A DNA stretch of 64,000 nt, from IMG/VR virus record IMGVR_UViG_3300032038_000077, positions 708-64,707 of that record, one strand, 5' to 3'. Positions 1-8,564 of the stretch are shown here, one piece after another. The position numbers were made by a program, and so were the translations under genes. How positions within the stretch are numbered: the stretch's first letter is position 1; each line of letters begins with the position of its first letter. This DNA comes from a virus. The notes beneath the pieces are model-generated. The model saw nothing but the letters and a program-made list of their open reading frames with translations, was not told where the DNA came from and did no database searches.

Positions 1-113
1 CGAACAGTGCCAATGCGCGTGTGTCTGAAACAAATGCTAAAGCATATGTTGATAAGGTTACGATTCACTGGGGTTTAGTAAACGATAAACTCTGCATCAT
101 CGGGGAGGAATGA
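1..113 (+). CDS. 3' end of upstream tail-fibre-type gene (partial)
   Basis: Open frame NSANARVSETNAKAYVDK...IIGEE* ends at TGA 111-113 overlapping the next start; SETNAK-like tail fibre repeat. Confidence 0.55.
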   Translation, partial: NSANARVSETNAKAYVDKVTIHWGLVNDKLCIIGEE

Positions 114-1192
114 TTATGAGCATCGTAAACGTAGAGGATTACATGAAACGCCAAACAACGGCGCTCGAAACTATGGCAAAGTCAACAAGCAAGGCAATTA
201 ACCTAACGGGTGATGTTACCGGCTCGGTAACGTATGGGAGTGATGGCACGGCGACGATTAAGACAACGGGAAACAGTGCTGCAAAGCTCACAACAGCAAG
301 AACGATCAGCTTATCCGGCGACGCTACAGGTTCGGTATCGTTTAATGGTTCCAGTAATGTGTCGATTCCGGTCACGCTTGCACGCACGACAGGCTTGACG
401 GATTTGATTCCGGACGGCGCGGCGGCGCATAACTGTCTTTATCGTGGCAAGGACATCACTGCGGATTTCAACTCTGGCAAGATGTCAACGAACATCGCGA
501 ACGGCACGTTTCGCGACATCTTCGTCGGCGACTACATCGACGTGCCCATGACCGTCAACGGCACAAGCATCGGCACGGCACGCTGGCGCGTCGGCGAGTG
601 CGATTACTACTATCGCTCTGGCGATTCGCCGTGCAATACGCACCACGTGCTCATGGTGCCGGACGACGTTCTGGATGTAAATATCCGCATAAACGACACG
701 AACGATACCACGGGCGGCTACCAGGGCATGGAGATGTGGAAAACGACGCTCCCGCTCTACGCGGCGGCCATCAAAGCAGCTTTCGGGACGGGCCATGTGC
801 TTGACCATCATGAACCGATCACGAAAGCTATCAGCGCAGATGCCCCATCCGGCGCGGGCGCTGGCTGGACTGGTTCGGCAACCGGTTGGGAATGGCAGAC
901 GGTATCGGCGAACCTCTTTAACGAGGTTATGGTCTACGGTACGCGCGTGTTCAGCTGTTCCGCTTTCGACGTAGGCACCGGCAAAAAGCAGGTCGCTCTG
1001 TTCGCGCTCAACCACGAGTCGACCATCGCTGGCTATCGCGGCAACCACAGCGACCGTAGATGGTATTGGTTGCGAGCGGTCGCTTCTGCGTCGCGTTTCT
1101 GCATTGCCGCCTACTACGGTGACGCGTACTCCTACGACGCGTCGAATTGCGACGATTGGGGCGGCGTCCGCCCGTATTTCCTGCTCCGTTGA
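110..1192 (+). CDS. Tail fibre / receptor-binding protein with DGR-target-type (C-type lectin-like) C-terminus
   Basis: N-terminal 'ARTISLSGDATGSVSFNGSSNVSI' fibre repeats; C-terminal WYWLR...GGVRPYFLLR motif typical of DGR target proteins; position just before lysis genes. Confidence 0.85.
   Translation: MIMSIVNVEDYMKRQTTALETMAKSTSKAINLTGDVTGSVTYGSDGTATIKTTGNSAAKLTTARTISLSGDATGSVSFNGSSNVSIPVTLARTTGLTDLIPDGAAAHNCLYRGKDITADFNSGKMSTNIANGTFRDIFVGDYIDVPMTVNGTSIGTARWRVGECDYYYRSGDSPCNTHHVLMVPDDVLDVNIRINDTNDTTGGYQGMEMWKTTLPLYAAAIKAAFGTGHVLDHHEPITKAISADAPSGAGAGWTGSATGWEWQTVSANLFNEVMVYGTRVFSCSAFDVGTGKKQVALFALNHESTIAGYRGNHSDRRWYWLRAVASASRFCIAAYYGDAYSYDASNCDDWGGVRPYFLLR
1061..1192 (+). other. Putative DGR variable region (VR)
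   Basis: Run of NNC/NNT codons (att gcc gcc tac tac ggt gac gcg tac tcc tac gac...aat tgc gac gat) between invariant W/R/G/V/P codons, as expected from AAC/AAT template mutagenesis. Confidence 0.7.
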
Positions 1193-1206
1193 CCTTCCCC
1201 GCGCCC

Positions 1207-1368
1207 CTTGTGGCGGCTGGCGAAATGAGCCCTAAGGCGTTCACTGAACAGTATCGGTCTTGGCGCGGCGATAAGCGGCGTTATGATGCACAGGGCGTCA
1301 ACCAAAGCACAGATAAACTTTTCCGTGAATTGAAAGAAGGTATATGTAATGGCAGAAAAGACGTATGA
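1207..1368 (+). pseudogene. C-terminal remnant of a DGR reverse transcriptase
   Basis: LVAAGEMSPKAFTEQYRSWRGDKRRYDAQGVNQSTDKLFREL resembles the DGR-RT thumb (GEM...SWxG...D.LF); no RT palm/YxDD domain present. Confidence 0.7.
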
Positions 1369-1795
1369 AGATATTGAAAAAGAAATGCAGGAACGGCACA
1401 GAAAGGAACAGGAAGTCATTGACCTGCGCTTAAAATTGTCGAGCCAGTATTCTGATTTAGGAGACTGGAAGATTAGCAAGATTCAAGAAGCAAGACTTCT
1501 CGGTAATCCTGACCCGTATGATATTGATGACCTGCATGAAAAGCGTCAGGCAATCCGTGAACAAATCGAAGCGTTGCAGAAGGAACTGAACGCATTGACG
1601 GTTGATGATAAGCCAGACGAGGTAGCTATGCTTGACCGTCAGTATGAGGCTGATAAGCGCGCGCTAAAAGATCAGTATGTTGAAGCCGTGGCAATGAACG
1701 ATTCTGAAACGGCGAAGGATGTACAAGCTCAATTAGCAGAACTTAACACAGCATATGACGAGCAGTATAAAGCATTGATTACGGAGGGTGAGTAA
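1349..1795 (+). CDS. Phage protein, tail-fibre-associated (chaperone-like) coiled-coil
   Basis: 148 aa ORF with RBS, between the fibre and lysis genes. Confidence 0.6.
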   Translation: MAEKTYEDIEKEMQERHRKEQEVIDLRLKLSSQYSDLGDWKISKIQEARLLGNPDPYDIDDLHEKRQAIREQIEALQKELNALTVDDKPDEVAMLDRQYEADKRALKDQYVEAVAMNDSETAKDVQAQLAELNTAYDEQYKALITEGE

Positions 1796-1796
1796 G

Positions 1797-1916
1797 ATGG
1801 CATTTAGAGTAAAGAGACGGTGTATCAGATGTCGCAAAGAATTGCGTGAGGACGGAACGTGTCAGAATCCGAAATGCGTGCGATATGTACCGCCGAAAGA
1901 TGAAACCAAAAGATAA
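1797..1916 (+). CDS. Small Cys-rich peptide (39 aa)
   Basis: RBS GGAGGGTG; MAFRVKRRCIRCRKELREDGTCQNPKCVRY..., CxxC...CxxxxC. Confidence 0.55.
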   Translation: MAFRVKRRCIRCRKELREDGTCQNPKCVRYVPPKDETKR

Positions 1917-1989
1917 CCCGGTCACAGATACGAAAGACGAAGCAGAAGTAACTACCGATACCGATATCACAAAATAAGAAGGTGAGTCT

Positions 1990-2400
1990 ATGGACAAAAT
2001 TCCAGACGGCGCAATATTGCAGATGTTCTTAACATTTGCGTCCGTCGTCATGTCGGGAATCATGGCATACTTAGTCTATCTCATGCAACAACGTTCTCGT
2101 GCAAAAGACTTGCAGGATGCGCAACGTGAAAGAGAGCGAGAGCGCAAGGACGAGCAGAGAGAGCAAGAGCGTGCGGCGATTAAGGATGGTATTTGTGCCG
2201 TTCTGCGAGATCATATTATACGCACATGTATGCAGTGTGAGCGCGATGGATACGCACCGGTTCAGGTAAGTGAATCCGTATCTCATATGGTATCGTCGTA
2301 TTTTACATTAGGCGGTAACGGCGTAGTCAAATCGGTATACGAAGGATTCCGCAAATTACCGCACGTACACCCGGAAGGGGGTAATGCTAATGGTAAATAA
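1990..2400 (+). CDS. Holin-like / lysis-module membrane protein
   Basis: One N-terminal TM helix, coiled coil and YxxLGGNG motif common upstream of Firmicute phage endolysins. Confidence 0.65.
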   Translation: MDKIPDGAILQMFLTFASVVMSGIMAYLVYLMQQRSRAKDLQDAQRERERERKDEQREQERAAIKDGICAVLRDHIIRTCMQCERDGYAPVQVSESVSHMVSSYFTLGGNGVVKSVYEGFRKLPHVHPEGGNANGK

Positions 2401-2590
2401 GTTACGGTCAATACGTATCAACGCAAACGACATTCTAAATGACATTATCGTTGTCGGCTTACTCATTTACCTCTTCATTGGCAATGGTGTATACGAAATC
2501 CAAAGTGCTATTGTCGGCGGTCTTATCTGTTGTTTGCGCATGGGTACAAGTGACGGGAACAAGCACAAAGAGGAAGGGGAACAAAAGTAA
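2384..2590 (+). CDS. Putative holin (two short hydrophobic segments)
   Basis: Hydrophobic segments and charged C-tail, abutting the endolysin. Confidence 0.55.
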   Translation: MLMVNKLRSIRINANDILNDIIVVGLLIYLFIGNGVYEIQSAIVGGLICCLRMGTSDGNKHKEEGEQK

Positions 2591-3186
2591 TGAGAGAAAC
2601 TACGATCAAAGAGATTCGCGAACTTGCTAATTATTGCCGTGAAGATGTATGGGATGCGGCGCAGGATGAGCCGAAGATTTACCTACATTGGAGTGCCGGT
2701 CATTACAATAGTAAGTTTGATGATTACCATATCAACATTACAGGTGATGGCAAGTTGTGGCTTGCGACGGATGACTTTTCAGAAAAACTTGCGCATACGT
2801 GGCGTCGTAATAGCGGTGCAGTAGGCATCAGTTTGTGTTGTTGCTACGGTGCAACCACGAACGGATTAGGCAACGAGCCGCCTACGGCAAAGCAGATCGA
2901 AATGATGGCACAGGCTATTGTTGCGGTAGCTGATGGACTGTGGTTGACAATTGATAAGAAGCACGTTATGACGCACGGTGAGGCGGCAGACAGTGAAGAC
3001 GGTGTTTATACATGGAGTGCCGATGATTGCTATGGCCCTCGTACCACTTGCGAACGTTGGGATTTAGAGTTCCTTGAAACGGAAGAATCGCCGTCATTTA
3101 ATCCGTGGGCAACGGATGGTTCTCGTGGCGGCGATGTGTTGCGCGGCAAAGCTAACTGGTATCGTAATGCGTGGAAGGACAAATAA
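2590..3186 (+). CDS. Endolysin, N-acetylmuramoyl-L-alanine amidase (Amidase_2-like)
   Basis: IYLHWSAG...YHINI...HTWRRNSGAVGISLC...THGE Zn-amidase motifs. Confidence 0.85.
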   Translation: MRETTIKEIRELANYCREDVWDAAQDEPKIYLHWSAGHYNSKFDDYHINITGDGKLWLATDDFSEKLAHTWRRNSGAVGISLCCCYGATTNGLGNEPPTAKQIEMMAQAIVAVADGLWLTIDKKHVMTHGEAADSEDGVYTWSADDCYGPRTTCERWDLEFLETEESPSFNPWATDGSRGGDVLRGKANWYRNAWKDK

Positions 3187-3218
3187 CCTTATAACCATTA
3201 CGATAGCAGGTGTAGCGT

Positions 3219-3563
3219 ATGAGCAGTCAAGAGAAGCGAAGGGAAAAGCAGTGGGATAAACGTGAGCGCGAAGGATGGCTAGGCATGATTCCGTTACGCG
3301 ATGTCTATGGCTTTGAGATGTTCCTCGTCCATAATCGCGGATGGCATAGCTCCGTCACGAATGGACTTGAACTTCTTCATGTGTATGGTTATGGCATGGA
3401 ATTGATAGTCAGTTGGAATCCGGTAAAGCATAGAACAAAACTAAACTGTCGTCGGCTCATGGCTCTGTGGCACGCATACGATACGTTTCATAGAGACGAT
3501 CTATGGATAGGAAGGAATCTGGTAAGAAATGAACAAGAACGATATTCTCAAAGTAATTGGTGA
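3219..3563 (+). CDS. Hypothetical protein
   Basis: 114 aa ORF with RBS downstream of the lysin. Confidence 0.55.
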   Translation: MSSQEKRREKQWDKREREGWLGMIPLRDVYGFEMFLVHNRGWHSSVTNGLELLHVYGYGMELIVSWNPVKHRTKLNCRRLMALWHAYDTFHRDDLWIGRNLVRNEQERYSQSNW

Positions 3564-3810
3564 TGAGTTTGAAAACGTCGCTAAGGACGAAATGAAGAAA
3601 GCACTTAAAGCAATTGACTTACGGGACTTACGTCCTATTATTCAGGAACACGTTGACACGTTAACGAAACCCCTTGATGATGAAGCGGATAAAACAGATT
3701 CGCTCTGGGTTAAGATTCGCAACCGCGTGTATGTCAGACTGATTAATGCAATGGTTGATACGATTACCAATGCGGCAAAGGCAGAGCTTGACAGAGTAGT
3801 AAATAAGTAA
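3529..3810 (+). CDS. Hypothetical helical protein ending the lysis operon
   Basis: 93 aa ORF overlapping the previous gene. Confidence 0.6.
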   Translation: MNKNDILKVIGDEFENVAKDEMKKALKAIDLRDLRPIIQEHVDTLTKPLDDEADKTDSLWVKIRNRVYVRLINAMVDTITNAAKAELDRVVNK

Positions 3811-3816
3811 TATAAT
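3788..3816 (+). promoter_or_regulatory. Perfect sigma70/sigmaA promoter P1
   Basis: TTGACA(3788)-17 bp-TATAAT(3811). Confidence 0.85.
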
Positions 3817-3822
3817 ATATAG

Positions 3823-3932
3823 TACGGTTGGATATAGTTTTATTGCTCTTGTGTTTCGTGCAATGACCTCGTAATGCGGTTACGGTCAATGGTAAGGTGG
3901 TTCCTGCTCGGTAGGGAATCACCTTATTTTTA
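3823..3932 (+). ncRNA. Putative sRNA 1 (about 110 nt)
   Basis: Follows P1; internal hairpins; ends in TAAGGTGGTTCC/GGAATCACCTTA + T-tract terminator; no RBS-led ORF. Confidence 0.6.
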
Positions 3933-3945
3933 TGTCTTATTAATA

Positions 3946-3974
3946 TTGACATTATTGCGTGTAACTATTATAAT
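3946..3974 (+). promoter_or_regulatory. Perfect sigma70/sigmaA promoter P2
   Basis: TTGACA(3946)-17 bp-TATAAT(3969). Confidence 0.85.
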
Positions 3975-3980
3975 AAACTT

Positions 3981-4056
3981 ATCAGTTCCCCGCCTGACCG
4001 GTTCATGGTCGGCGGTAAATAGCCTGCCCGTCAACCACTAAGCAGGCTATTTTTTA
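3981..4056 (+). ncRNA. Putative sRNA 2 (about 75 nt)
   Basis: Hairpin CCGCCTGACC/GGTCGGCGG, then terminator AATAGCCTGC/GCAGGCTATT + T-tract. Confidence 0.65.
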
Positions 4057-4140
4057 TTGCGCGGATTTAAACCGCGTGTTATACTTACCATAAAAGAAAC
4101 GAATATGGCTCGCCTACATATCGTAGCGGGCTATTTTATT
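4057..4140 (+). ncRNA. Promoter P3 plus putative sRNA 3 (about 50 nt)
   Basis: TTGCGC-17 bp-TATACT with extended TG (4057-4085), then GGCTCGC/GCGGGCT hairpin + ATTTTATT. Confidence 0.45.
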
Positions 4141-4148
4141 ACCCCTGC

Positions 4149-4405
4149 TTGTCTGCATTTTGTCTGCATCGGTTTTAATTGTGGCTATGTTTCGCTATGG
4201 TGCGATAAAACGATCAATGCCCTTATAATCCAGTAACGATAAGGGTTTGCGGCGTTTTGTATGTCGCACTGTGACGCGCTAAATATATGCGTCAAATAAT
4301 GATAAGTAATAACAATAAAGGCGATAACCCTAGTAATCATAAGGTTGTCGCCTTTCTTTGTCTGCATTTTGTCTGCATCAAGCATTTGTCTGCATGTTGT
4401 CTGCG
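4149..4405. repeat. attP region with integrase arm-type sites
   Basis: TTGTCTGCA at 4149, 4160, 4358, 4369, 4386 and a variant at 4397 (pairs 11 bp apart) flanking about 190 bp at the 3' end of int. Confidence 0.75.
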
Positions 4406-5589
4406 CTGATAGCACGGTTGATAATGTTCACGGTATCGCGCTTCATGCCGTCAGTTTCATGCGTGTACAGGTCTTCGGTAATCATTACGCTCTTATGTCC
4501 TAGCCGTGCGGCAACGTCCTTAGCGCGTGCGCCTAACTCAATGAGTTGTGTCGCGTGCGTGTGCCTAAAGGAATGGGCATTGCAACCGCATCGTTTGAGT
4601 ACTGTCTTGATTGTGTCGTGATGTATCGGTCTGCCATTGTCATTCGTGCAGACAAAATCCATCTTTGTCCAGTTAGCATACTTATCCATGAGTGACCGTG
4701 ACCCGTTCTTTGTCTCGCCCGTATTCGGTGACACATAGACGACTTGGTAACTATCGCCTTGTATGTCCTCATTCGCTTTCTGACGGGCGTTCCACTCTCT
4801 TAGTAGGTTCAGCAGGGCGTTGTCAATATAAAACGTCCTAACGCTACTTTGCGTCTTAGGCGGTGCAACATTATAGCCGCGCGAGATATGTATAAGTTGT
4901 TGCTTAACCGTTATCATGCCGGTACTTAGATTAACACAATCCCATGTCAATCCTAGCACTTCGCCAATCCTCATGCCGGTATGGTACATAATCGCAAGCG
5001 GAATACGCGCATACTTACACCGGCTCTTAGCGACAGAATCCATAATGTCAAGGTATCTTTCGTGTGAGATAACTTCCCTCTTAACTATGGCATCCGGAGC
5101 AAGGCGCGGTATTGGAATGTTGCTTACCGGATTTGACGCGATTAATTCCGCAGGGTATACGGCATAATGAAAGGCAGAACTTAGCATCGCACGCATAAAC
5201 CGGATACTGCCACGCGACAGACCGTCTTTATAAAAGCTATCAAACAAGTCAACGATATTTCTAGGACGAACGTCCTGCACATACATATCGCCAATGACCG
5301 CAATGACACGCTTGATTCCGCTACGATACTGACGCAACGTAAGCGGACGAATGGATGACTGTTTCTTGTCTAACCATTGCGGCAGGTAATCGCATAGTTT
5401 TATTTTATTTGAAAATACTATACCACCGTGCGTGTAACTGTTATACACTTTCATACCCGCATCATACGCATCCTGCTTGGTAGGATATCCACCTTTCTCA
5501 ATGACCTTACGCTTGCCGTCAATGGTGCGTCCTGCCTCAAAGATATATGAGTATGTCTTGCCGCGTTTGCGTGTACGAACCGTTGCCAT
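4378..5589 (-). CDS. int: Tyrosine integrase (arm-binding, SAM-like and catalytic domains)
   Basis: TGMRIGEVLGL, HSFRHTHAT, RLGH...Y catalytic motifs; 403 aa. Confidence 0.95.
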   Translation of the reverse strand: MATVRTRKRGKTYSYIFEAGRTIDGKRKVIEKGGYPTKQDAYDAGMKVYNSYTHGGIVFSNKIKLCDYLPQWLDKKQSSIRPLTLRQYRSGIKRVIAVIGDMYVQDVRPRNIVDLFDSFYKDGLSRGSIRFMRAMLSSAFHYAVYPAELIASNPVSNIPIPRLAPDAIVKREVISHERYLDIMDSVAKSRCKYARIPLAIMYHTGMRIGEVLGLTWDCVNLSTGMITVKQQLIHISRGYNVAPPKTQSSVRTFYIDNALLNLLREWNARQKANEDIQGDSYQVVYVSPNTGETKNGSRSLMDKYANWTKMDFVCTNDNGRPIHHDTIKTVLKRCGCNAHSFRHTHATQLIELGARAKDVAARLGHKSVMITEDLYTHETDGMKRDTVNIINRAISADNMQTNA

Positions 5590-5607
5590 AACAATGACTT
5601 CCTTTCT

Positions 5608-5718
5608 ATAGCAAGCGAAGAATTTCAGGACGTGGTATAATAAATATGTAAACCAACTTACTGTTATTTCCGCTGTTCTTTTTGCATCAACCCCGGCACA
5701 TGTTGTCGGGGTTTTTGT
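5608..5718 (+). ncRNA. Antisense promoter-terminator mini-unit between int and immA
   Basis: Extended -10 TGGTATAAT (5633-5641), then about 70 nt ending in AACCCCGGCA/TGTCGGGGTT + T-tract. Confidence 0.5.
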
Positions 5719-5736
5719 TGTGCAGTTTCCTTCCTA

Positions 5737-6183
5737 TTAATAGCGGTACATGATTCTGCCTAGGATATCATGCACCTCATGCGGATTCGGATTCTTTTGT
5801 CGCAATAGTTCGACAATCCTTTCGTCATCAATATCTTCGGAATAAGCGAGCAGGCGTATCGCAAACTCATTCGCTTCTGCTTCTATATGTGACGGTATGT
5901 AGTATGACTGTTCCGCGTGTAGGCAGTAGTTGTATCCGCTGTGTAGTCTAGCGTGTCCGATCTCGTGGCATAGCGTTACCTTCTGTTCCTCATATGACAG
6001 TTTGTCATTGAGCACGATGTACTTGCGGCGCAGGACACGGACAAGGAAACCGTTGATCTTATCCGGTAACGGCGCGTGCAAGATGTTGATGTTAAGGTAG
6101 GATGTTAACAGGAAAGGATTTGCCGTGCCATACTTTTCGACTAGATGACGAACGCGCACGCGAATGTTAAACACGACAACCAC
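5737..6183 (-). CDS. ImmA/IrrE-family metallopeptidase (anti-repressor)
   Basis: HEIGH zinc motif, EAEANEFA; adjacent to the repressor. Confidence 0.9.
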   Translation of the reverse strand: MVVVFNIRVRVRHLVEKYGTANPFLLTSYLNINILHAPLPDKINGFLVRVLRRKYIVLNDKLSYEEQKVTLCHEIGHARLHSGYNYCLHAEQSYYIPSHIEAEANEFAIRLLAYSEDIDDERIVELLRQKNPNPHEVHDILGRIMYRY

Positions 6184-6186
6184 CTC

Positions 6187-6573
6187 TCAATCTTTCTTCC
6201 TTTTATTAAGACGTTTCGCATCCCAAAAGGCAAGCGACAAAGCCGCGTGTAGTTTTTGTCTATCGTTTTCGTCAATATGGTACATGTTCCCGTCGAACAT
6301 GATGTCCGTCCTATTTATGAAGGAAGTCAAGTCAGCGGGTATCTTCTGTTCGGGCGTGATCTTGTCGTGGCGTTCTTCTGTCCTTCCTAGCAGGTAGTCA
6401 ACCGACGTGCGGTAGAAGTCAGCAAAGCGAACCAACATATCGCCTTTCGGGATACGTCTGTTCTTTTCATAGTTAGCAAGCGTGCTCTGTTCGATATTCA
6501 TCTTGTCACATACATATTGTTGTGTGTATCCGTATTCATTCCGTAGGCATTGTAGCCGACCGCCGATATCCAT
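6187..6573 (-). CDS. CI/ImmR-like XRE repressor
   Basis: HTH_3 (LRNEYGYTQQYVC...STLANYEKNRRIP...SVDYLLG); RBS upstream of MDIGG. Confidence 0.9.
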   Translation of the reverse strand: MDIGGRLQCLRNEYGYTQQYVCDKMNIEQSTLANYEKNRRIPKGDMLVRFADFYRTSVDYLLGRTEERHDKITPEQKIPADLTSFINRTDIMFDGNMYHIDENDRQKLHAALSLAFWDAKRLNKRKKD

Positions 6574-6709
6574 AGCTATTCTCCTTTCTATATATTTCTC
6601 TCTGAAATAATTATATCTCATCCAGAAAAAATTTCAAACACATTTGACTATGATATTGACTTCTATTTCATTTTGTAATATAATATTAATATCGAAAGGG
6701 GGCGGCAAA

Positions 6710-6898
6710 GTGAAGAATCGGCTGAAAGAGTTGAGAGAACAGGCCAACCTAACACAAGAGCAGTTAGGCGCGGCCATTGGCAAGAGTCAAGAGATTATCT
6801 CATTATATGAGAACGGCTTTCGTATGCCGAACATAAAGGTATGTATTCTACTTGCGCAACGATTCGGTTGCAGAGTAGAGGATATTTTTGTGCCTTGA
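6710..6898 (+). CDS. Cro-like HTH regulator
   Basis: NRLKELREQANLTQEQLG...YENG; divergent from the repressor; GTG start after AAAGGGGG. Confidence 0.85.
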   Translation: MKNRLKELREQANLTQEQLGAAIGKSQEIISLYENGFRMPNIKVCILLAQRFGCRVEDIFVP

Positions 6899-6945
6899 AT
6901 ATTTCAGATTGACAAGGCATTTCGTTTTGGGAGGTAGAGCTAGCT

Positions 6946-7152
6946 ATGGAAACAGGACAGTCGTGCGGAATCAATCCCGGACATGCTTGTCTCAATTGCC
7001 CTTTCCCGGACTGCATCTGTGGCGATGTCGTCCGTATTTCACGAGAGGAAGCAATGATGACGCAGGCCGGTACGAAAAAAAGGAAGTTAACAGATTTCGG
7101 CGCGTTACGCGAATACGCAACGCGGTTCGGAATCTTAAAACCATTGTGGTAA
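6946..7152 (+). CDS. Small Cys-rich protein
   Basis: GGAGG RBS; CLNCPFPDCIC motif. Confidence 0.65.
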   Translation: METGQSCGINPGHACLNCPFPDCICGDVVRISREEAMMTQAGTKKRKLTDFGALREYATRFGILKPLW

Positions 7153-7163
7153 GGGGTGCTTGT

Positions 7164-7487
7164 ATGAACCAAAAAGGATTAGGGATTGATGTTAATCGCG
7201 GTTTGTCGCCGTTGTTCCATGACGCAATGAAGGAACTGGACGCGGCGATTGATTCCCTTCCTATTAAAAGGGAAGAGAAAATCAACACGGCGCAAAAGGC
7301 CGCGGCAACTATCGCCTTAGGCAACGTCGAGTCGTTCCAGTATGGAATGGCGTTCGGCGCGTTCCTAGCGATGAAGAAGGGTATCGCGTTCTTCGCGGGC
7401 AACAATGATATTCCCGATAAGGAATACGAGAACTTATGCAAGGAGTTCGAGATAACCTATGACGCGATCAAAGAATTACGGGGGTGA
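7164..7487 (+). CDS. Hypothetical protein
   Basis: RBS AAGGGG before MNQKGLG. Confidence 0.6.
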   Translation: MNQKGLGIDVNRGLSPLFHDAMKELDAAIDSLPIKREEKINTAQKAAATIALGNVESFQYGMAFGAFLAMKKGIAFFAGNNDIPDKEYENLCKEFEITYDAIKELRG

Positions 7488-7614
7488 AGAAATGAGACGC
7501 GATTACACGCGCATCAGTCTGTTCACATTCATGGTTCTTGCATCTGCTATGGGTTGCGGGTTTATCTGGTTAGTTCGCTATCTGCTGACTGACCTTCTGT
7601 GAAAGGGGCTTTAT

Positions 7615-7809
7615 ATGGAAGGAAACTATATCAACCGTCTTGTCACGGCAGGAGTGGCAGGGAAAATCTTAGGCGTGTCGCCTAACACAATCCGCGCGTG
7701 GGTGCGAAAAGGAATCCTTTCTGCTTACTACACACCGGACGGCGGCAATCGCATGAAGTTCTGGACGGACGACATCTACGCCGTCGCAAAGAAAGGGGGT
7801 GCTTGCTAA
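7615..7809 (+). CDS. Excisionase-like MerR/HTH_17 protein
   Basis: AGKILGVSPNTIRAWVRKG...TPDGG. Confidence 0.75.
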   Translation: MEGNYINRLVTAGVAGKILGVSPNTIRAWVRKGILSAYYTPDGGNRMKFWTDDIYAVAKKGGAC

Positions 7810-7888
7810 TGAATCTCCCGTTCTTGACAGACTTTGGATGGTCTTGCGTCGCGGTAGTTGTTCTCGTCTGCATTGCGTTCGTTATGGT

Positions 7889-8080
7889 ATGACCCGGCAG
7901 GAGAAATCAATTATGTGCAGGCCGGGGTACTTCTGTCTGGTCTGCCCATATCCCGATTGCGTGTGTTGCACAAGCAAGTATCCGCACGCAACGGAAGAGG
8001 AAAAGAAAATGCTAGTCGCGTCGGGTATCGTTGATATCTGGTGCAACCTACGCGGGAAGAGGTGCAAGGAAAATGCTTAG
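7889..8080 (+). CDS. Small Cys-rich protein, paralog of 6946..7152
   Basis: CLVCPYPDCVC...EEKKML. Confidence 0.6.
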   Translation: MTRQEKSIMCRPGYFCLVCPYPDCVCCTSKYPHATEEEKKMLVASGIVDIWCNLRGKRCKENA

Positions 8081-8564
8081 TCTCTATAAACTGGACGAAC
8101 AGTTGGAAAGATTGATCGAACTGGAAGACGGTAGAGCCGTCGATGGTGAGACAGGTGAAATCTTCAATAAGGAAGACTTCGATAGTCTCAAACTGGACAG
8201 AGAGAAGAAGATTGAAAACTGTCTTCTCTATTACAAGAACCTTGTTGCGGAAAGCAAGGCGATTGCCGATGAAGTAAAGGCTCTTAATGAGCGCAAGGCA
8301 CGCAATACGAAACGTGCCGATTGGTTAAAGAACTACGTGAACGAGTCCCTCAATGGAGAGAAGTTTCGTACGGCGCGTGTATCCGCGTCGCATCGTAAGA
8401 GCACAGTACTGGAGTTCAACGGGAACATTGGTGATGTCCCGCGCGAATATCTGAAATTCGCTGACCCGACGATTGACAAGGCGGGCGTGAAGAAAGCACT
8501 CAAAGATGGTGCAGAGATTAAGGGATTTAGTCTCGTTGACAAGGACAATCTGATTATCAAATAA
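8073..8564 (+). CDS. Siphovirus Gp157-family protein
   Basis: DGETGEI...KIEN...IDKAGVKKALKDGAEIKG; upstream of recT. Confidence 0.85.
   Translation: MLSLYKLDEQLERLIELEDGRAVDGETGEIFNKEDFDSLKLDREKKIENCLLYYKNLVAESKAIADEVKALNERKARNTKRADWLKNYVNESLNGEKFRTARVSASHRKSTVLEFNGNIGDVPREYLKFADPTIDKAGVKKALKDGAEIKGFSLVDKDNLIIK

Noticed and set aside
1905-1977. Possible programmed frameshift extending the Cys-rich peptide with an acidic tail
   Set aside because: Only an A4 run; could equally be a point indel or a sequencing error
4149-4405. Prophage boundary (attL/attR)
   Set aside because: Arm-type repeats lie on both sides and phage genes continue on both flanks, which fits attP
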